From NCBI GenBank assembly GCA_038330765.1, contig JBBQOK010000001.1, forward strand, positions 1 through 37,742: a stretch of 37,742 bases of DNA. Reading direction: 5' to 3'. Position numbers and translations under genes: made by a program. Under the pieces are notes generated by a model. That model did no database searches and was not told the origin of the DNA. It saw only the letters and a program-made list of their open reading frames with translations. Source of the stretch: Caulobacterales bacterium (GTDB lineage: Bacteria; Pseudomonadota; Alphaproteobacteria; Caulobacterales; Caulobacteraceae). Shown here one piece after another: positions 18,215-27,991 of this stretch. Each line of letters opens with the position of its first letter. Position 1 is the stretch's first letter.

Positions 18215-21200
18215 GTGCCCTCCTCCCCGTCGCCGGCGGTCGACCATTCAGCCACCCGCGCCAGATGGTCGTAGTCGGACACCGAACGCTGGGCGAAGGC
18301 CGGGGCCGTGCGCGAGGCATAAGCTCGCTCGGGCCGGGCATAGTCGCGCACCCGCTCGATCAATCCCGCCAGCGCGACGTCAGCCGTCCCTGCCGCGCCG
18401 AGTTCGCCGCTGCGGTCCTCGATCCGCGCCGGCGGCCTCCGCCCCGTCACAGAGACATAAAGCAATTCATGGGGCTCGCCCTGCCCCTCCGGGCCGAAGG
18501 CACCCGCTCGGGCCATGGCGGCGGTCAGGGGGAGTTGGGACGAGAACCCGGTCTCCACCTGTTTGGCGCTGGGTGCCGAACCGGTCTTGAAGTCGATCAC
18601 CGCCAGCCGGCCGTCATGCACCTCGACCCGGTCCGCCTTGGCCGTCAGGGTGAAGCGGCGTCCGTCGATCTCGATCGGCCATTCGGCCGTCTCCTCCAGC
18701 AGCACCCGCGGCGACCCGGCCCGGCGCTCAGTCTCCCAGCCCGTGACCCATTCCCCGGCGTTGCGACCCAGAACCGCCTCGCGGGCCAGGGCGGAGTCCG
18801 CCATGCCCGCGTCCAGCAGGGCCCGCTGGTAGAGGGCCGCGAACCGCTCGGGTCCGTCGGCCGCGCCGCGGGTCTCCCACTCGCGGCCGAAAGCGTCGAG
18901 CGCCGCATGGATCGCGGTGCCGCGGATGCGCGCATCGACCCGTTCGTCGGGCCGGGCCATCTGGAACAGTTTGAGGATGAAGCGGGCGTAGGTGGCGTAG
19001 GGGTCGCGGACCCATTCCTCGACCCGGGTCACGGACATCCTGTCGGGCCGGACCTCGACCGGCGGGCGCGGGGCCGGACGGCGGGCGGGACCCAGCGACG
19101 GCGGCGGCCCGAGGTCTGGCGCATCCAGCGCCTTCGCCCAGGCCTCGGCCTGGGGCAGGCCGGGCAGGGACAGGCCGGCACCGCGCACCAGCGTCTCCAG
19201 CCGCCACAGCCAGCGCGACCGGATCGAAGGCTGGCCGCCGCGACGCTCCGCATGCAGCAGGATCACCTCGGGCGCGCAGGCGGCCTGGGCGAAATCATGG
19301 GCCGACAGGCCGATCCGCCGCTCGGGCGACGGCAGGCCCAGGGTCGTCCGCATCGGCCGCGACAGGAAGGGATCGGCGGACCCGCCGCGCGGCCACACAC
19401 CCTCCTCCAGTCCGGCCAGGATGATCCGGTCGGCCCGGACGAGCCGCGCCTCGATGGCACCGAGAATGCGCAGACGGGGGTGTACGTCGCCGCCGGTCCG
19501 AACCACCTCCTGATCCATCAGCCGCTGCAGCAGATCGGCGAAGGCTTTTCCGTCCATCGGCGCGGAGGACGCCCCGTCGGTGATCAGTCCTGCCAGCAGC
19601 CGGGCGGCGGCCTCGCCCTCGGTCCCCCGCCAGGCCTGATCCGCGCCGCCTGCCAGAGCCTCGACGGCCTCGGTCAGCAATCGCGCGGCCTCATCGACCG
19701 CGCGCGCCGTATCGGCGCCGGCCATCAGCGGCGCGAGCATCCCTTCCAGCCGGTCTGCCAGCGTCCGGCCGGCGGCAATCTCCGCCAGCGTTACCCCGGA
19801 CCGCGGCCGGCCCGGCCCGCCGTCTACAGCGCGGTCCAGCCGGCGCCGGACCGCCTTGAAGTCAGCCGGATGCGGCCCGCGCAGGCCGTGGACCTCGAGT
19901 CCGTCGCGCGCCGCGGCCATCTCCACCGGCTCGAGACCGAGCGTCACCAGCGGGTGTTTCAGCAGCGCCAGCAGGCCGACGGCGCCGAAGCCCTCGCCGG
20001 CCAGACCGGCCGTCAGTCCCAGCAGCACGCCGGTTGTCGTTCCCGACAGCGGCGTGCCCGCGGACGAGTCCGCCCCGAGGCCCCAGCGTGTCAGCCGGGC
20101 CTGCACCCGCCGGGCGATCTGGGCGTCAGGCGTGACGAGGGCGCAGGTCCGACCCGGCTGTTCGACGGCCTCGCGCATCAGCACGGCGGCGAGGGCGGCC
20201 GTCGCCTCCTCGGTCCGGGCGGACAGCATCGACAGGCCGTTCAGCCCCTCGCCGACCGGGTCGGCCCCGCCCGCCTGCATGGCGTCGATGGTGTGGCGCC
20301 AGTCGGCCGTCGAGCGTGGCGGCTTCAGCGCCTCGGCGATCAGCCGGCGTCGCGCTCGCCCGGCTCCTGTCTGCGCCGCCGTCTCGCGGGCGGGCCACGG
20401 GCGGACAGTCTCCCGGGTCACACCGTGGCGGGCGATCAGGGATTTGAGGGCCCCTTGGGGATGCTGATCGCCGACCTCCGTCCAGGCGGCCCCGTCCAGG
20501 TCCCGGTCCAGTCCGGGCAGCACTACACAGCCTTCTGGCGCGCGCGCCACCGCCCCCAGCACGGCGGCTGCGGCGGGCACGGTGCCAGTCGAGCCGGCGG
20601 CGATCACCGGATAGGCGGGGGGCTGCTCGTCCCAGCTTTCGGCCAGCCGCCTGAGCAGCCGCACACGGCGCGCCTGCGGGTCGATCAGACCCAGTTCGGC
20701 CAAACGGGCCGGCCAGGCCTCGACGGCAATGGCGAGGAAGGCGGCGGACGCCTGCCAGTGGGCGGCGAGGTCGGCCTCGACCAGATCCGCGACACGTCCC
20801 GGCTCCGAGACTTCTTCGATCTGGCAGGAGTCCATGAAGCCGGCGAGCGCCTCGGCCATCTCCAGGGCGCGCAGGGGCGGCAGGGTCCCGGTGTGGTGCG
20901 CCACGATCATTCGGGCCAGCTCGAACCGCCGCTGGAGCGTCGAGATGGCGGGCGGCAGGTCCAGTTCGAGGTCGCCCGGGGCGAACGGCGGTTCGTCCTC
21001 CTCCAGATCGCCCAGCGGACGGACCTGCGGCAGCAGCAGGGTCCGGCCGTGGGCCTGGCTGGTCAGGGCCTCCGTGAAGGCGCGGGCGGCGCGGCGGTTG
21101 GGCAGCAGGATGACGGTGTCGGACAGGGCCTCGGGCGGGTGCTCGCCCAGCCAGTCCAGCACGCCTGCAGCGAGGTCTTCGAGGAAGGGTCGGTGCGCCT

Positions 21201-21255
21201 CGATGGCGAACCAGCGGGGCCCCTCGGCCGCGAAGGGATCGAACAGGGCGGTCAT
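18211..21255 (-). CDS. addB: Double-strand break repair protein AddB
   Basis: LLPNRRAAR, IAAGSTG, GCVVLPGLD, ALVTPD, ILAGLEEGVWP, ERRIGLSAHDF, SRWLWRL, RDPYATYA, AKADRVE..IDFKTG nuclease motif. Confidence 0.95.
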   Translation of the reverse strand: MTALFDPFAAEGPRWFAIEAHRPFLEDLAAGVLDWLGEHPPEALSDTVILLPNRRAARAFTEALTSQAHGRTLLLPQVRPLGDLEEDEPPFAPGDLELDLPPAISTLQRRFELARMIVAHHTGTLPPLRALEMAEALAGFMDSCQIEEVSEPGRVADLVEADLAAHWQASAAFLAIAVEAWPARLAELGLIDPQARRVRLLRRLAESWDEQPPAYPVIAAGSTGTVPAAAAVLGAVARAPEGCVVLPGLDRDLDGAAWTEVGDQHPQGALKSLIARHGVTRETVRPWPARETAAQTGAGRARRRLIAEALKPPRSTADWRHTIDAMQAGGADPVGEGLNGLSMLSARTEEATAALAAVLMREAVEQPGRTCALVTPDAQIARRVQARLTRWGLGADSSAGTPLSGTTTGVLLGLTAGLAGEGFGAVGLLALLKHPLVTLGLEPVEMAAARDGLEVHGLRGPHPADFKAVRRRLDRAVDGGPGRPRSGVTLAEIAAGRTLADRLEGMLAPLMAGADTARAVDEAARLLTEAVEALAGGADQAWRGTEGEAAARLLAGLITDGASSAPMDGKAFADLLQRLMDQEVVRTGGDVHPRLRILGAIEARLVRADRIILAGLEEGVWPRGGSADPFLSRPMRTTLGLPSPERRIGLSAHDFAQAACAPEVILLHAERRGGQPSIRSRWLWRLETLVRGAGLSLPGLPQAEAWAKALDAPDLGPPPSLGPARRPAPRPPVEVRPDRMSVTRVEEWVRDPYATYARFILKLFQMARPDERVDARIRGTAIHAALDAFGREWETRGAADGPERFAALYQRALLDAGMADSALAREAVLGRNAGEWVTGWETERRAGSPRVLLEETAEWPIEIDGRRFTLTAKADRVEVHDGRLAVIDFKTGSAPSAKQVETGFSSQLPLTAAMARAGAFGPEGQGEPHELLYVSVTGRRPPARIEDRSGELGAAGTADVALAGLIERVRDYARPERAYASRTAPAFAQRSVSDYDHLARVAEWSTAGDGEEGT

Positions 21256-21983
21256 CCCTGGCCCGCCAGCCGGGCTTCGGCCTGATCGCGTGCGCCGGGG
21301 TCGCCGACGTGCATCCAGTCGCCGTCGAGGACGCAGCCGAACAGCCGGCCGGCGGCGGCGGAGCGGCGCCAGAAGCCGCTCAGCGAGAAGGGGCCCTCCG
21401 GACCATCGGCGACATAGTCGGGACGGCAGATGTGGACGCCCATATAGGCGAAGGGGGCCGAGGGCGCGTCACCGCGGAAGGTCAGCCGGCCGTCATCGGC
21501 GAGGAAGACGTCGCCGTCGCCCTCGAAGCCGATCGAGCCCTCGCGCCGCGCCAGCAGCAGAACCGCGTCCATGGTTGACGGATTCCACAGGCGGGCGAGT
21601 TGATTCAGAGCGGAATTCCCGGAAGAGGCGTGGTCCGTCCAGACGCTGTCTATGTTGGCCACGAAAACCGGCTCCGGGCCTAGCAGCGGCGCGGCCTTCT
21701 TCAGACCGCCGCCGGTTTCGAGCAGTTCCGCCCGTTCGTCGGAGATCACGACGGCGGGTCCGCGGCCGCGCGCGGCGAGGTGGCGCTCCAGCCGGTCGGC
21801 AAACCAGTGGACATTGACCACCGCCTGCTCGACCCCGGCTTCGGCCAGCCGATCCAGCACATGATCGACCAGGGGGCGGCCCGCCACCTCGACCAGCGCC
21901 TTGGGCCGGTCGTCGGTCAGGGGGCGCATCCGGGTGCCGAGGCCGGCGGCCAGCACCATGGCGGTTCTGGGAGTCCCGCTCAT
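21252..21983 (-). CDS. murU: N-acetylmuramate alpha-1-phosphate uridylyltransferase (nucleotidyltransferase)
   Basis: AMVLAAGLGTRMRPLTDDRPKAL, LETGGG, WMHVG. ATG 21983 is coupled to the amgK stop. Confidence 0.85.
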   Translation of the reverse strand: MSGTPRTAMVLAAGLGTRMRPLTDDRPKALVEVAGRPLVDHVLDRLAEAGVEQAVVNVHWFADRLERHLAARGRGPAVVISDERAELLETGGGLKKAAPLLGPEPVFVANIDSVWTDHASSGNSALNQLARLWNPSTMDAVLLLARREGSIGFEGDGDVFLADDGRLTFRGDAPSAPFAYMGVHICRPDYVADGPEGPFSLSGFWRRSAAAGRLFGCVLDGDWMHVGDPGARDQAEARLAGQG

Positions 21984-23068
21984 TGTCGTCTCGCTTCCGG
22001 GACATGGACATCGAACCAAGCCCGGACCGCCTCCATGCCCGGCTTCGACAGGTTGACGTTCAGATGGCTCCACATCCGGGGCATGAAGGCGCGATAGCGA
22101 GGCTTGCCGTCACGCACGATCAACCGGGCGAAGATGCCGAGTATGCGGGCCTCGTTGAGCGCGGCGAGACCGGCGTAGTCTCGAAGAAATTCCTTGCGTT
22201 CGACCTGGGGCCGGAGGCTGAAATAGTGGTCCAGTGCCTGGGCCTCGAGCGCCGGCGACACGTCCCGGCGGGCGTCCTGCAGCAGGGAGTGAAGGTCCCA
22301 CGACGGATGAGCCCGCACCGCGTCCTGGAAATCGATCAGCCCGACCCGCGCGGCCCCCTCGCGGTCTCGCAGCAAGATCAGGTTCTCGGCGTGGTAGTCG
22401 CGGTGGGCCATGACGGAGGCTCCGGCGGCACCGCGCGCGGCGACGGGTGCCCAGGCCGCGCGCCACTCCGTGACGGCGGCACCGTCGAACCGCAACTCCA
22501 GGTCAAGCTGGGGCATCCATTCGACGAAAAGGTCGGCGCCGCCCTGCAGCGCCGTTTCGTCATAGACCAGCAGCGGCCATTCGCCGGCAGGGCCGGTCAG
22601 CGTCCGCGGCGTCTCCGCCTCGTGCAGCGCGGCCAACGCCTCGACGGCGGCGAAATAGAGTGGTGCCTCCGGCTCGCCGGCCTCGATCGCGCGGACGAAC
22701 AGGTCGTCGCCGAAATCCTCCAGAACGGCCAGGCCGGCAGCCGCATCGACCGCGACGATCCCCGGTGCCGACAGGCCCAGCGCGCGCAGATGGGTCGCAA
22801 CGGCGGCGAAGGCCTCGATCCGACCGGCGGAGAGGCGGGCCACGGCGTTCCACCCATGGGCGCGGCGCTGTTCCGCGGACCATGACGGGTCGCACGGCGG
22901 CGATTCGGCGGCGGGTGCCTGATCCATCAGCATCAGGGTCGCGCCCTGTGGTGGGGTCAGCCGCTCATAGCGGCGCGTCGAGGCGTCGCCGGGCAGGGGA
23001 GTGCGGGCGGCGTCGGCGAGGCCGGCCGCCGTCAGGAAATCGATGCGCTGTTGTTCGCGGTCAGACAT
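21980..23068 (-). CDS. amgK: N-acetylmuramate/N-acetylglucosamine kinase (APH-family phosphotransferase)
   Basis: GDASTRRY, LEDFGD, HRDYHAENL, IDFQDA, SLLQDAR, LGIFARL..RDGKPRY. Lies between tsaE and murU. Confidence 0.88.
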   Translation of the reverse strand: MSDREQQRIDFLTAAGLADAARTPLPGDASTRRYERLTPPQGATLMLMDQAPAAESPPCDPSWSAEQRRAHGWNAVARLSAGRIEAFAAVATHLRALGLSAPGIVAVDAAAGLAVLEDFGDDLFVRAIEAGEPEAPLYFAAVEALAALHEAETPRTLTGPAGEWPLLVYDETALQGGADLFVEWMPQLDLELRFDGAAVTEWRAAWAPVAARGAAGASVMAHRDYHAENLILLRDREGAARVGLIDFQDAVRAHPSWDLHSLLQDARRDVSPALEAQALDHYFSLRPQVERKEFLRDYAGLAALNEARILGIFARLIVRDGKPRYRAFMPRMWSHLNVNLSKPGMEAVRAWFDVHVPEARRQ

Positions 23069-23534
23069 GAAGGCTCTTCAACTTCAATTCCCATGCCCCT
23101 ACGCCAGAAACGGTCGCAACGCGGCCCGCTCCGTGTTCGGCCAGCGTCACCGCCAGGCGGTCGGGTCCGAGCCAGGCGGCGGGATCGTCACCCAGCCGTT
23201 CGGGCCATTCGATCACCGCGCAACCCTCGTCCAGCGCCTCGTCGAGGCCGATCTCGGCGGCCTCGTCCGGGCGGGTCAGGCGGTAGAGGTCAAAATGCGC
23301 GACCGGCGGATCGCTCTGATAGAACTGGACCAGGGTGAAAGTCGGCGACGGCACGTCCTCGCCGGGTCGGGTCAGGGCGCGGATCAGGCCGCGCGCCAGG
23401 GTCGACTTGCCCATGCCCAGCGGCCCGTAGAGCAGCACCGTCTCGCCGGGTGCCAGCAGGGGGGCGACGCAGGCGCCCAGCCGCGCGGTTGCGTCGGTGT
23501 CTTTCAGCGTCAGGGTCAGGCCGGCCTCAGGCAA
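23061..23534 (-). CDS. tsaE: tRNA threonylcarbamoyladenosine biosynthesis ATPase TsaE
   Basis: LYGPLGMGKSTLARG, VPSPTFTLVQ, HFDLYRL, IEWPERL. The start is uncertain (TTG at 23534 chosen). Confidence 0.93.
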   Translation of the reverse strand: MPEAGLTLTLKDTDATARLGACVAPLLAPGETVLLYGPLGMGKSTLARGLIRALTRPGEDVPSPTFTLVQFYQSDPPVAHFDLYRLTRPDEAAEIGLDEALDEGCAVIEWPERLGDDPAAWLGPDRLAVTLAEHGAGRVATVSGVGAWELKLKSLHV

Positions 23535-24408
23535 AGTCGGCGTCCGGCTGGCTGGGCAGCACCCGTTCGGTAAAGGCCTTGAGCGCATAGGTCGCCCGGG
23601 CCGCGTCGATGTCGAGCCGGGCCGGCGGGATCGGGCGGCCGACCTTGATGAAGAACGGCTTGCGCTTCTTGTTGAGCAACTCGTGAAACAGGGTGATGTC
23701 GCGCAGTTCCGGCGAGAACCGGTCGAACCAGTGGAACAGCCTCGAGGTCGGCCCGGCCACATGGACCGGCACAATGGGCGCATCGTATTTGCGGGCAAGG
23801 GAGGCGGCGGTCGGTGCCCATTCCGGATCGGTCACCGAACCGTCCCGGGCGACCCGAGCCAGCCGTCCGGCAGGGAACATGACCACGCAGCGTTCGGCCT
23901 CGAAGGCTTCTCTCGCGGCCTGAAGGGTGGCCCGGGTTTTTTCGCGGGTCCGCTTGTCGACGACCCATTCGACAGGGATGACGGCCTCGCCGAGTCGGGG
24001 CGAGACGCGCAGGGCGTCGGCGTTGGCGAAGAAGACGGCGTCTTTGCGCCGCGCCCGCAAGGCGTCGAACACGGCGATTCCGTCGGCGATCCCCGTCGGG
24101 TGGTTGGCAACGATGATGCAGCGGCCGGTCGCCGGGATCCGGTCCTGATTCATCACTGCGACCTTCAGGCCGAGCAGGTCGCTCATATAGTCCAGTGTCC
24201 CGGAGCCCGAGAGCGGCCGCACCGCATCCGCCATCCGCACCGCCTGCCGGTAGTTCAGCAGCTTGTAAAGAAACGGCCGGACCAGAGGCCAGAAGACCGA
24301 TCGGGTCAGGCGCGGCGCGCGTTCGGCGATCAGCACATCGCAGATGTGCGGCACGGCGCGTGGAGGCACCGGAGCGGCCGAGGGATCAAAGGCGTCAGCG
24401 AGAACCAT
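23527..24408 (-). CDS. Lysophospholipid/glycerolipid acyltransferase (PlsC/LPLAT superfamily)
   Basis: ANHPTGIADG (HX4D), MFPAGRLA, PIVPVHV, ELLNK. ATG at 24408. Confidence 0.8.
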   Translation of the reverse strand: MVLADAFDPSAAPVPPRAVPHICDVLIAERAPRLTRSVFWPLVRPFLYKLLNYRQAVRMADAVRPLSGSGTLDYMSDLLGLKVAVMNQDRIPATGRCIIVANHPTGIADGIAVFDALRARRKDAVFFANADALRVSPRLGEAVIPVEWVVDKRTREKTRATLQAAREAFEAERCVVMFPAGRLARVARDGSVTDPEWAPTAASLARKYDAPIVPVHVAGPTSRLFHWFDRFSPELRDITLFHELLNKKRKPFFIKVGRPIPPARLDIDAARATYALKAFTERVLPSQPDADFA

Positions 24409-24522
24409 GCCCTGCGCTTGTCGCCGCTCCAGAGCCGTCGGGCAAGCGGCTTGAGATCGGCTTGGCCGAGGTCCGGCGGGGGTGCTAACCGTTGTCGCGA
24501 AACGGCGGGAGGAGCCGTCCCC

Positions 24523-25227
24523 ATGACACCTTCCGGATCCGGAGACCTCGAACGTCGCCTTCGAATGCTTCGTGAACAGCAGTCCGAACTCGCCGCGACG
24601 AGGCAAGGCGGCGGCGCGGGGCTCGCGCGCGCGATCACCGTCGTCGCCGGCCAACTCGGCTTTGATGCCGACGAGGCCGCCGCGATCGCGGACCAGGTCG
24701 ACACCCCGGCGTCCGGGCCCGGGCACGGCATGGCCGGCGACTACCGGGTGCTGCGCGGCCCGGCTGATCCGATCCTGACCTTTTCGATGCTCGTGATCGG
24801 GGCGGCGGTGATCGGCCTCGGCCAGCCTGCCGCCGGTGCCCTGATCGTCGTCGCAGCGGTCGCCTCATGGTTCATTCGAGGCGCACGGCGGGTCGCGCGG
24901 TTGCGCATCGACGTCTCCGGCGCGCCGAGCTTTCCGGGCCGGCTTGACCGGATCGAACCATCCGAACTGGTCGCCATCGACTTCGCCTACCGCTATCCGC
25001 CTTGGATCGCCGAACACAGGAAGGCCGCGAGCGAGACCATAGACCTGCGGCTGCGCCTTGACGGGGGCCGCTCCGTCAAACTGGCTCACGGCCCCCTGTG
25101 GCGCGCCGCACCCCAGCCTGCGCCCGTGGCCTATTACCTGCTGGAGCGGCACCTCTTGGCCTGGGCGCGCGATTCCGGGTTGAAGATCGAGCGCGGCAGC
25201 GTCGGCTGGACCGCGAACCGCCTCTGA
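24523..25227 (+). CDS. Hypothetical membrane protein (N-terminal coiled segment, two TM helices, C-terminal soluble domain)
   Basis: GGAGG RBS before ATG 24523. Hydrophobic hairpin ILTFSMLVIGAAVIGLG/AAGALIVVAAVASWFI. Fills the gap between the acyltransferase and the S9 peptidase. Confidence 0.65.
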   Translation: MTPSGSGDLERRLRMLREQQSELAATRQGGGAGLARAITVVAGQLGFDADEAAAIADQVDTPASGPGHGMAGDYRVLRGPADPILTFSMLVIGAAVIGLGQPAAGALIVVAAVASWFIRGARRVARLRIDVSGAPSFPGRLDRIEPSELVAIDFAYRYPPWIAEHRKAASETIDLRLRLDGGRSVKLAHGPLWRAAPQPAPVAYYLLERHLLAWARDSGLKIERGSVGWTANRL

Positions 25228-25307
25228 GCCGGGTTCGGGTGACCAGCCTTGGCGGCGGTCGACCGGGGGTGCTACCCCTTGCTACAAAGCTTCCAGAGGA
25301 AACGTCC

Positions 25308-27416
25308 ATGCGTCACCGCTCGCTTCTTTCCGGCGCCGCCGCCGCCGTGCTGCTGGCCGTCGCCGCGCCCGCCCTGGCGGAGGTGCCCCCCGCGCCCGCC
25401 GTCGCGACCGCGCCCGCGCTCGTCCCGGCCGCCGAGGCGTTCAACTATCGCGACATGATCTCGGCTAACCGGCTGGGCGATCCACAGGTGTCGCCCGATG
25501 GCCGCTGGGTCGTCTATTCGGTGACCACGACCGACGTGGCGGCCAACCGCCGGTCGGGCTCGCTCTACATCATGGACCTGAGGGACCCGGGCGAGGGCCG
25601 CAAGCTGGCGATCAGCGAGGGCGGTGCCAACACCGCGCGATGGGGTTCGGACGGCAAGCTGTATTTCCTGTCCAGCCGCTCGGGCACGAGCCAGGTCTGG
25701 CGCGCTGCCGCCGACGGAACCGGCCCGGCGCAGGTGACCGACCTGCCCCTGGACGTGAACGCCTACCGGCTGAGCGCCGACGCCGGAAAGGTCGCCGTGT
25801 CGCTGGCGGTCTTCCCGTCCTGCGCCGACCTCGCCTGCACGGTGGACCGTAACGAGGCCGTGGCTGATGGCAAGGACACCGGCCAGGTCTATGACCGGAT
25901 GTTCGTGCGCCACTGGGACACCTGGAACGACGGGACCCAGAACCATCTGTTCGTCGCCAATACCGACGGTTCGGGCGACCCCGTCTGGGTGACCAGGGGC
26001 TTCGACGGTGACACTCCCTCCAAGCCGTTCGGCGACGAGAGCGAATTCACCTTCACCCCTGAAGGCGACGCGGTTGTCTTCTCGGCGCGGCTGGCTGGAC
26101 AATCCGAGCCGTGGAGCACCAATTTCGACCTCTGGCGCACCAACGGTCTTAGCGGCGACGGAACATTCGAGAACCTGACTGACGACAACAACGCCTGGGA
26201 CACGGGCCCGGTGTTCTCGCCGGATGGCGGGACCTTGGCCTATCGCGCCATGGCCCGCCCCGGCTTTGAGGCCGACAAATATGCGGTCTTCCTGCGCGAC
26301 GTGGCCACGGGTCGGGTCCGCCAGATCGCAGCCAACTGGGACCGGTCGGCGGACAGTCTGCAATGGTCGCGGGACGGCAGCACCCTCTATACGACCGCCG
26401 GTGACGTCGGTCAGACGCGCATCTTCTCGATCAACGTCCGCAACGGCGCAGTCACGCCGGTGACCGGCCCCGGCCACGTCTCGGCCTTCGTCCAGACGCC
26501 GTCGGGCTTCGTTTTCGCGCAGGACAGCCTGACCCGACCCAGCGAGCTGTTCGTGAAGACCTTCCTCGGCCGCGAGATGCCGAGCCGCATCACCAATGTG
26601 AACCCGCAGCTCGACGACAAGGCGTTCGGCGAGGCCGAGCAGTTCAATTTCGAAGGCTGGAACGGCGAAACGGTGCACGGCTACGTCATCAAGCCCGCCA
26701 ACTACGTCGAGGGCCGGAAATACCCGGTCGCCTTCCTGATCCACGGTGGGCCGCAGAGCTCGTTCGGCAACGGCTGGTCGTACCGCTGGAATCCCTCGAC
26801 TTATGCCGGGGCGGGTTATGCGGTGGTGATGATCGATTTCCATGGCTCGACCGGCTACGGCCAAGCCTTCACTGACTCGATCAGCCAGCATTGGGGCGAC
26901 CGCCCGCTGGAGGATCTGCAGAAGGGCTGGGCCTTCGCCAAGGAGCGCTATCCCTTCCTCGACGGCGACAACGCCTGCGCTCTCGGCGCCTCCTACGGCG
27001 GCTATATGATCAACTGGATCGCCGGCAACTGGCCGGGCGAGTTCGACTGCCTGGTCAACCATGACGGCGTCTTCGACACCTTCAGCATGGGTTACTCCAC
27101 CGAGGAGCTGTGGTTCACCGAGTGGGAGTACGGCGGCACGCCTTGGGAAAACCCGCGCGGCTACCAGGAATTCAACCCTGCCAACCATGTGCAGAACTGG
27201 CGTGACCCGATGCTGGTAGTGCAGGGCGACCGCGACTTCCGCATCCCCACCGCCCAGAGCCTGTCGACCTTCACCGCGCTCCAGCGGCGCGGCATCGAAA
27301 GCCGCCTGATCGTCTTCCCGGACGAGAACCACTGGGTGCTGAAGCCGGCCAACAGCCTGCAGTGGCACACCGAGGTGTTCGGCTGGCTGGACAAACATCT
27401 GCAGCCGACCGACTGA
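25308..27416 (+). CDS. S9 family peptidase (prolyl oligopeptidase/acylaminoacyl peptidase) with beta-propeller
   Basis: Signal peptide from ATG 25308 (GAGG RBS), SPDG propeller repeats, IHGGPQ, GASYGG (Ser), QGDRDFRI (Asp), DENHWV (His). Confidence 0.93.
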   Translation: MRHRSLLSGAAAAVLLAVAAPALAEVPPAPAVATAPALVPAAEAFNYRDMISANRLGDPQVSPDGRWVVYSVTTTDVAANRRSGSLYIMDLRDPGEGRKLAISEGGANTARWGSDGKLYFLSSRSGTSQVWRAAADGTGPAQVTDLPLDVNAYRLSADAGKVAVSLAVFPSCADLACTVDRNEAVADGKDTGQVYDRMFVRHWDTWNDGTQNHLFVANTDGSGDPVWVTRGFDGDTPSKPFGDESEFTFTPEGDAVVFSARLAGQSEPWSTNFDLWRTNGLSGDGTFENLTDDNNAWDTGPVFSPDGGTLAYRAMARPGFEADKYAVFLRDVATGRVRQIAANWDRSADSLQWSRDGSTLYTTAGDVGQTRIFSINVRNGAVTPVTGPGHVSAFVQTPSGFVFAQDSLTRPSELFVKTFLGREMPSRITNVNPQLDDKAFGEAEQFNFEGWNGETVHGYVIKPANYVEGRKYPVAFLIHGGPQSSFGNGWSYRWNPSTYAGAGYAVVMIDFHGSTGYGQAFTDSISQHWGDRPLEDLQKGWAFAKERYPFLDGDNACALGASYGGYMINWIAGNWPGEFDCLVNHDGVFDTFSMGYSTEELWFTEWEYGGTPWENPRGYQEFNPANHVQNWRDPMLVVQGDRDFRIPTAQSLSTFTALQRRGIESRLIVFPDENHWVLKPANSLQWHTEVFGWLDKHLQPTD

Positions 27417-27438
27417 CGTCGGAGGGCTCTGACAGACG

Positions 27439-27470
27439 AAGGGGTGCCTCCGCGGTGAAGCGCCCCTTTC
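27439..27470. terminator. Probable terminator hairpin between convergent genes
   Basis: AAGGGGTGC...GCGCCCCTT stem followed by TTC, between the S9 peptidase and the convergent small gene. Confidence 0.6.
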
Positions 27471-27474
27471 TCGT

Positions 27475-27813
27475 TCAGCTGCGCGGCGGCGAGGGAACTC
27501 TGGCGTTGGCGGCGACGGCCGCCTGAAGCTTGGCGTGCTCGTCCTCGGTCATGCAGCGCGGCGCGCTCCATGCCGGCTCCGAAGGACGCACCGACAGGGC
27601 CTCGCGGGCGGTGATGAAGACCGGCGAGGCGCCGTACTCACGCGCGAAGGCGCGGCGGTTCGCCGTGTCCCGTTCGCAGATCAGGACGCCCCGGCCGGCG
27701 GTCCGGGCGTCGGTCGTCTGAGCCTGTTGTGGGGACGCCGTTGCCGGAACGGCGGCGGAAACGGCCACGCCCGCGGTGAAGGCGGCGACGGCAAGGGTGC
27801 GAATGACGCGCAT
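27475..27813 (-). CDS. Small secreted protein of unknown function
   Basis: GGAGG RBS, signal peptide, two Cys (LICERD, PRCMT), 112 aa. Confidence 0.75.
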   Translation of the reverse strand: MRVIRTLAVAAFTAGVAVSAAVPATASPQQAQTTDARTAGRGVLICERDTANRRAFAREYGASPVFITAREALSVRPSEPAWSAPRCMTEDEHAKLQAAVAANARVPSPPRS

Positions 27814-27991
27814 TGGGACCTCCAGAACGCCCGAAAATGCTCAGGGTGCGGAGGGAAGAATGCGCTTTTTGCGCAGAATGTAAATATTATAAGACAGTTC
27901 AAAGTATGAAATTTTACAGCTCAGCCTTCTGATCCCCGCTGGGCCTTTCCCGGCGTTCACGCGTTGTCTCCGTTCGACGGAGTCCGCGCCC

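Noticed and set aside
14723-21255. Helicase plus PD-(D/E)xK nuclease pair as a new defence system
   Set aside because: Motifs and the tsaE-amgK-murU-addB-addA-trxA context identify the housekeeping AddAB repair complex.
15197-21285. Long + strand ORFs (571, 379 and 1006 aa)
   Set aside because: Antisense shadows of addA/addB in GC-rich DNA.
25272-27398. 708-aa minus-strand ORF (also 30985-32544)
   Set aside because: Antisense shadows of the S9 peptidase and amn.
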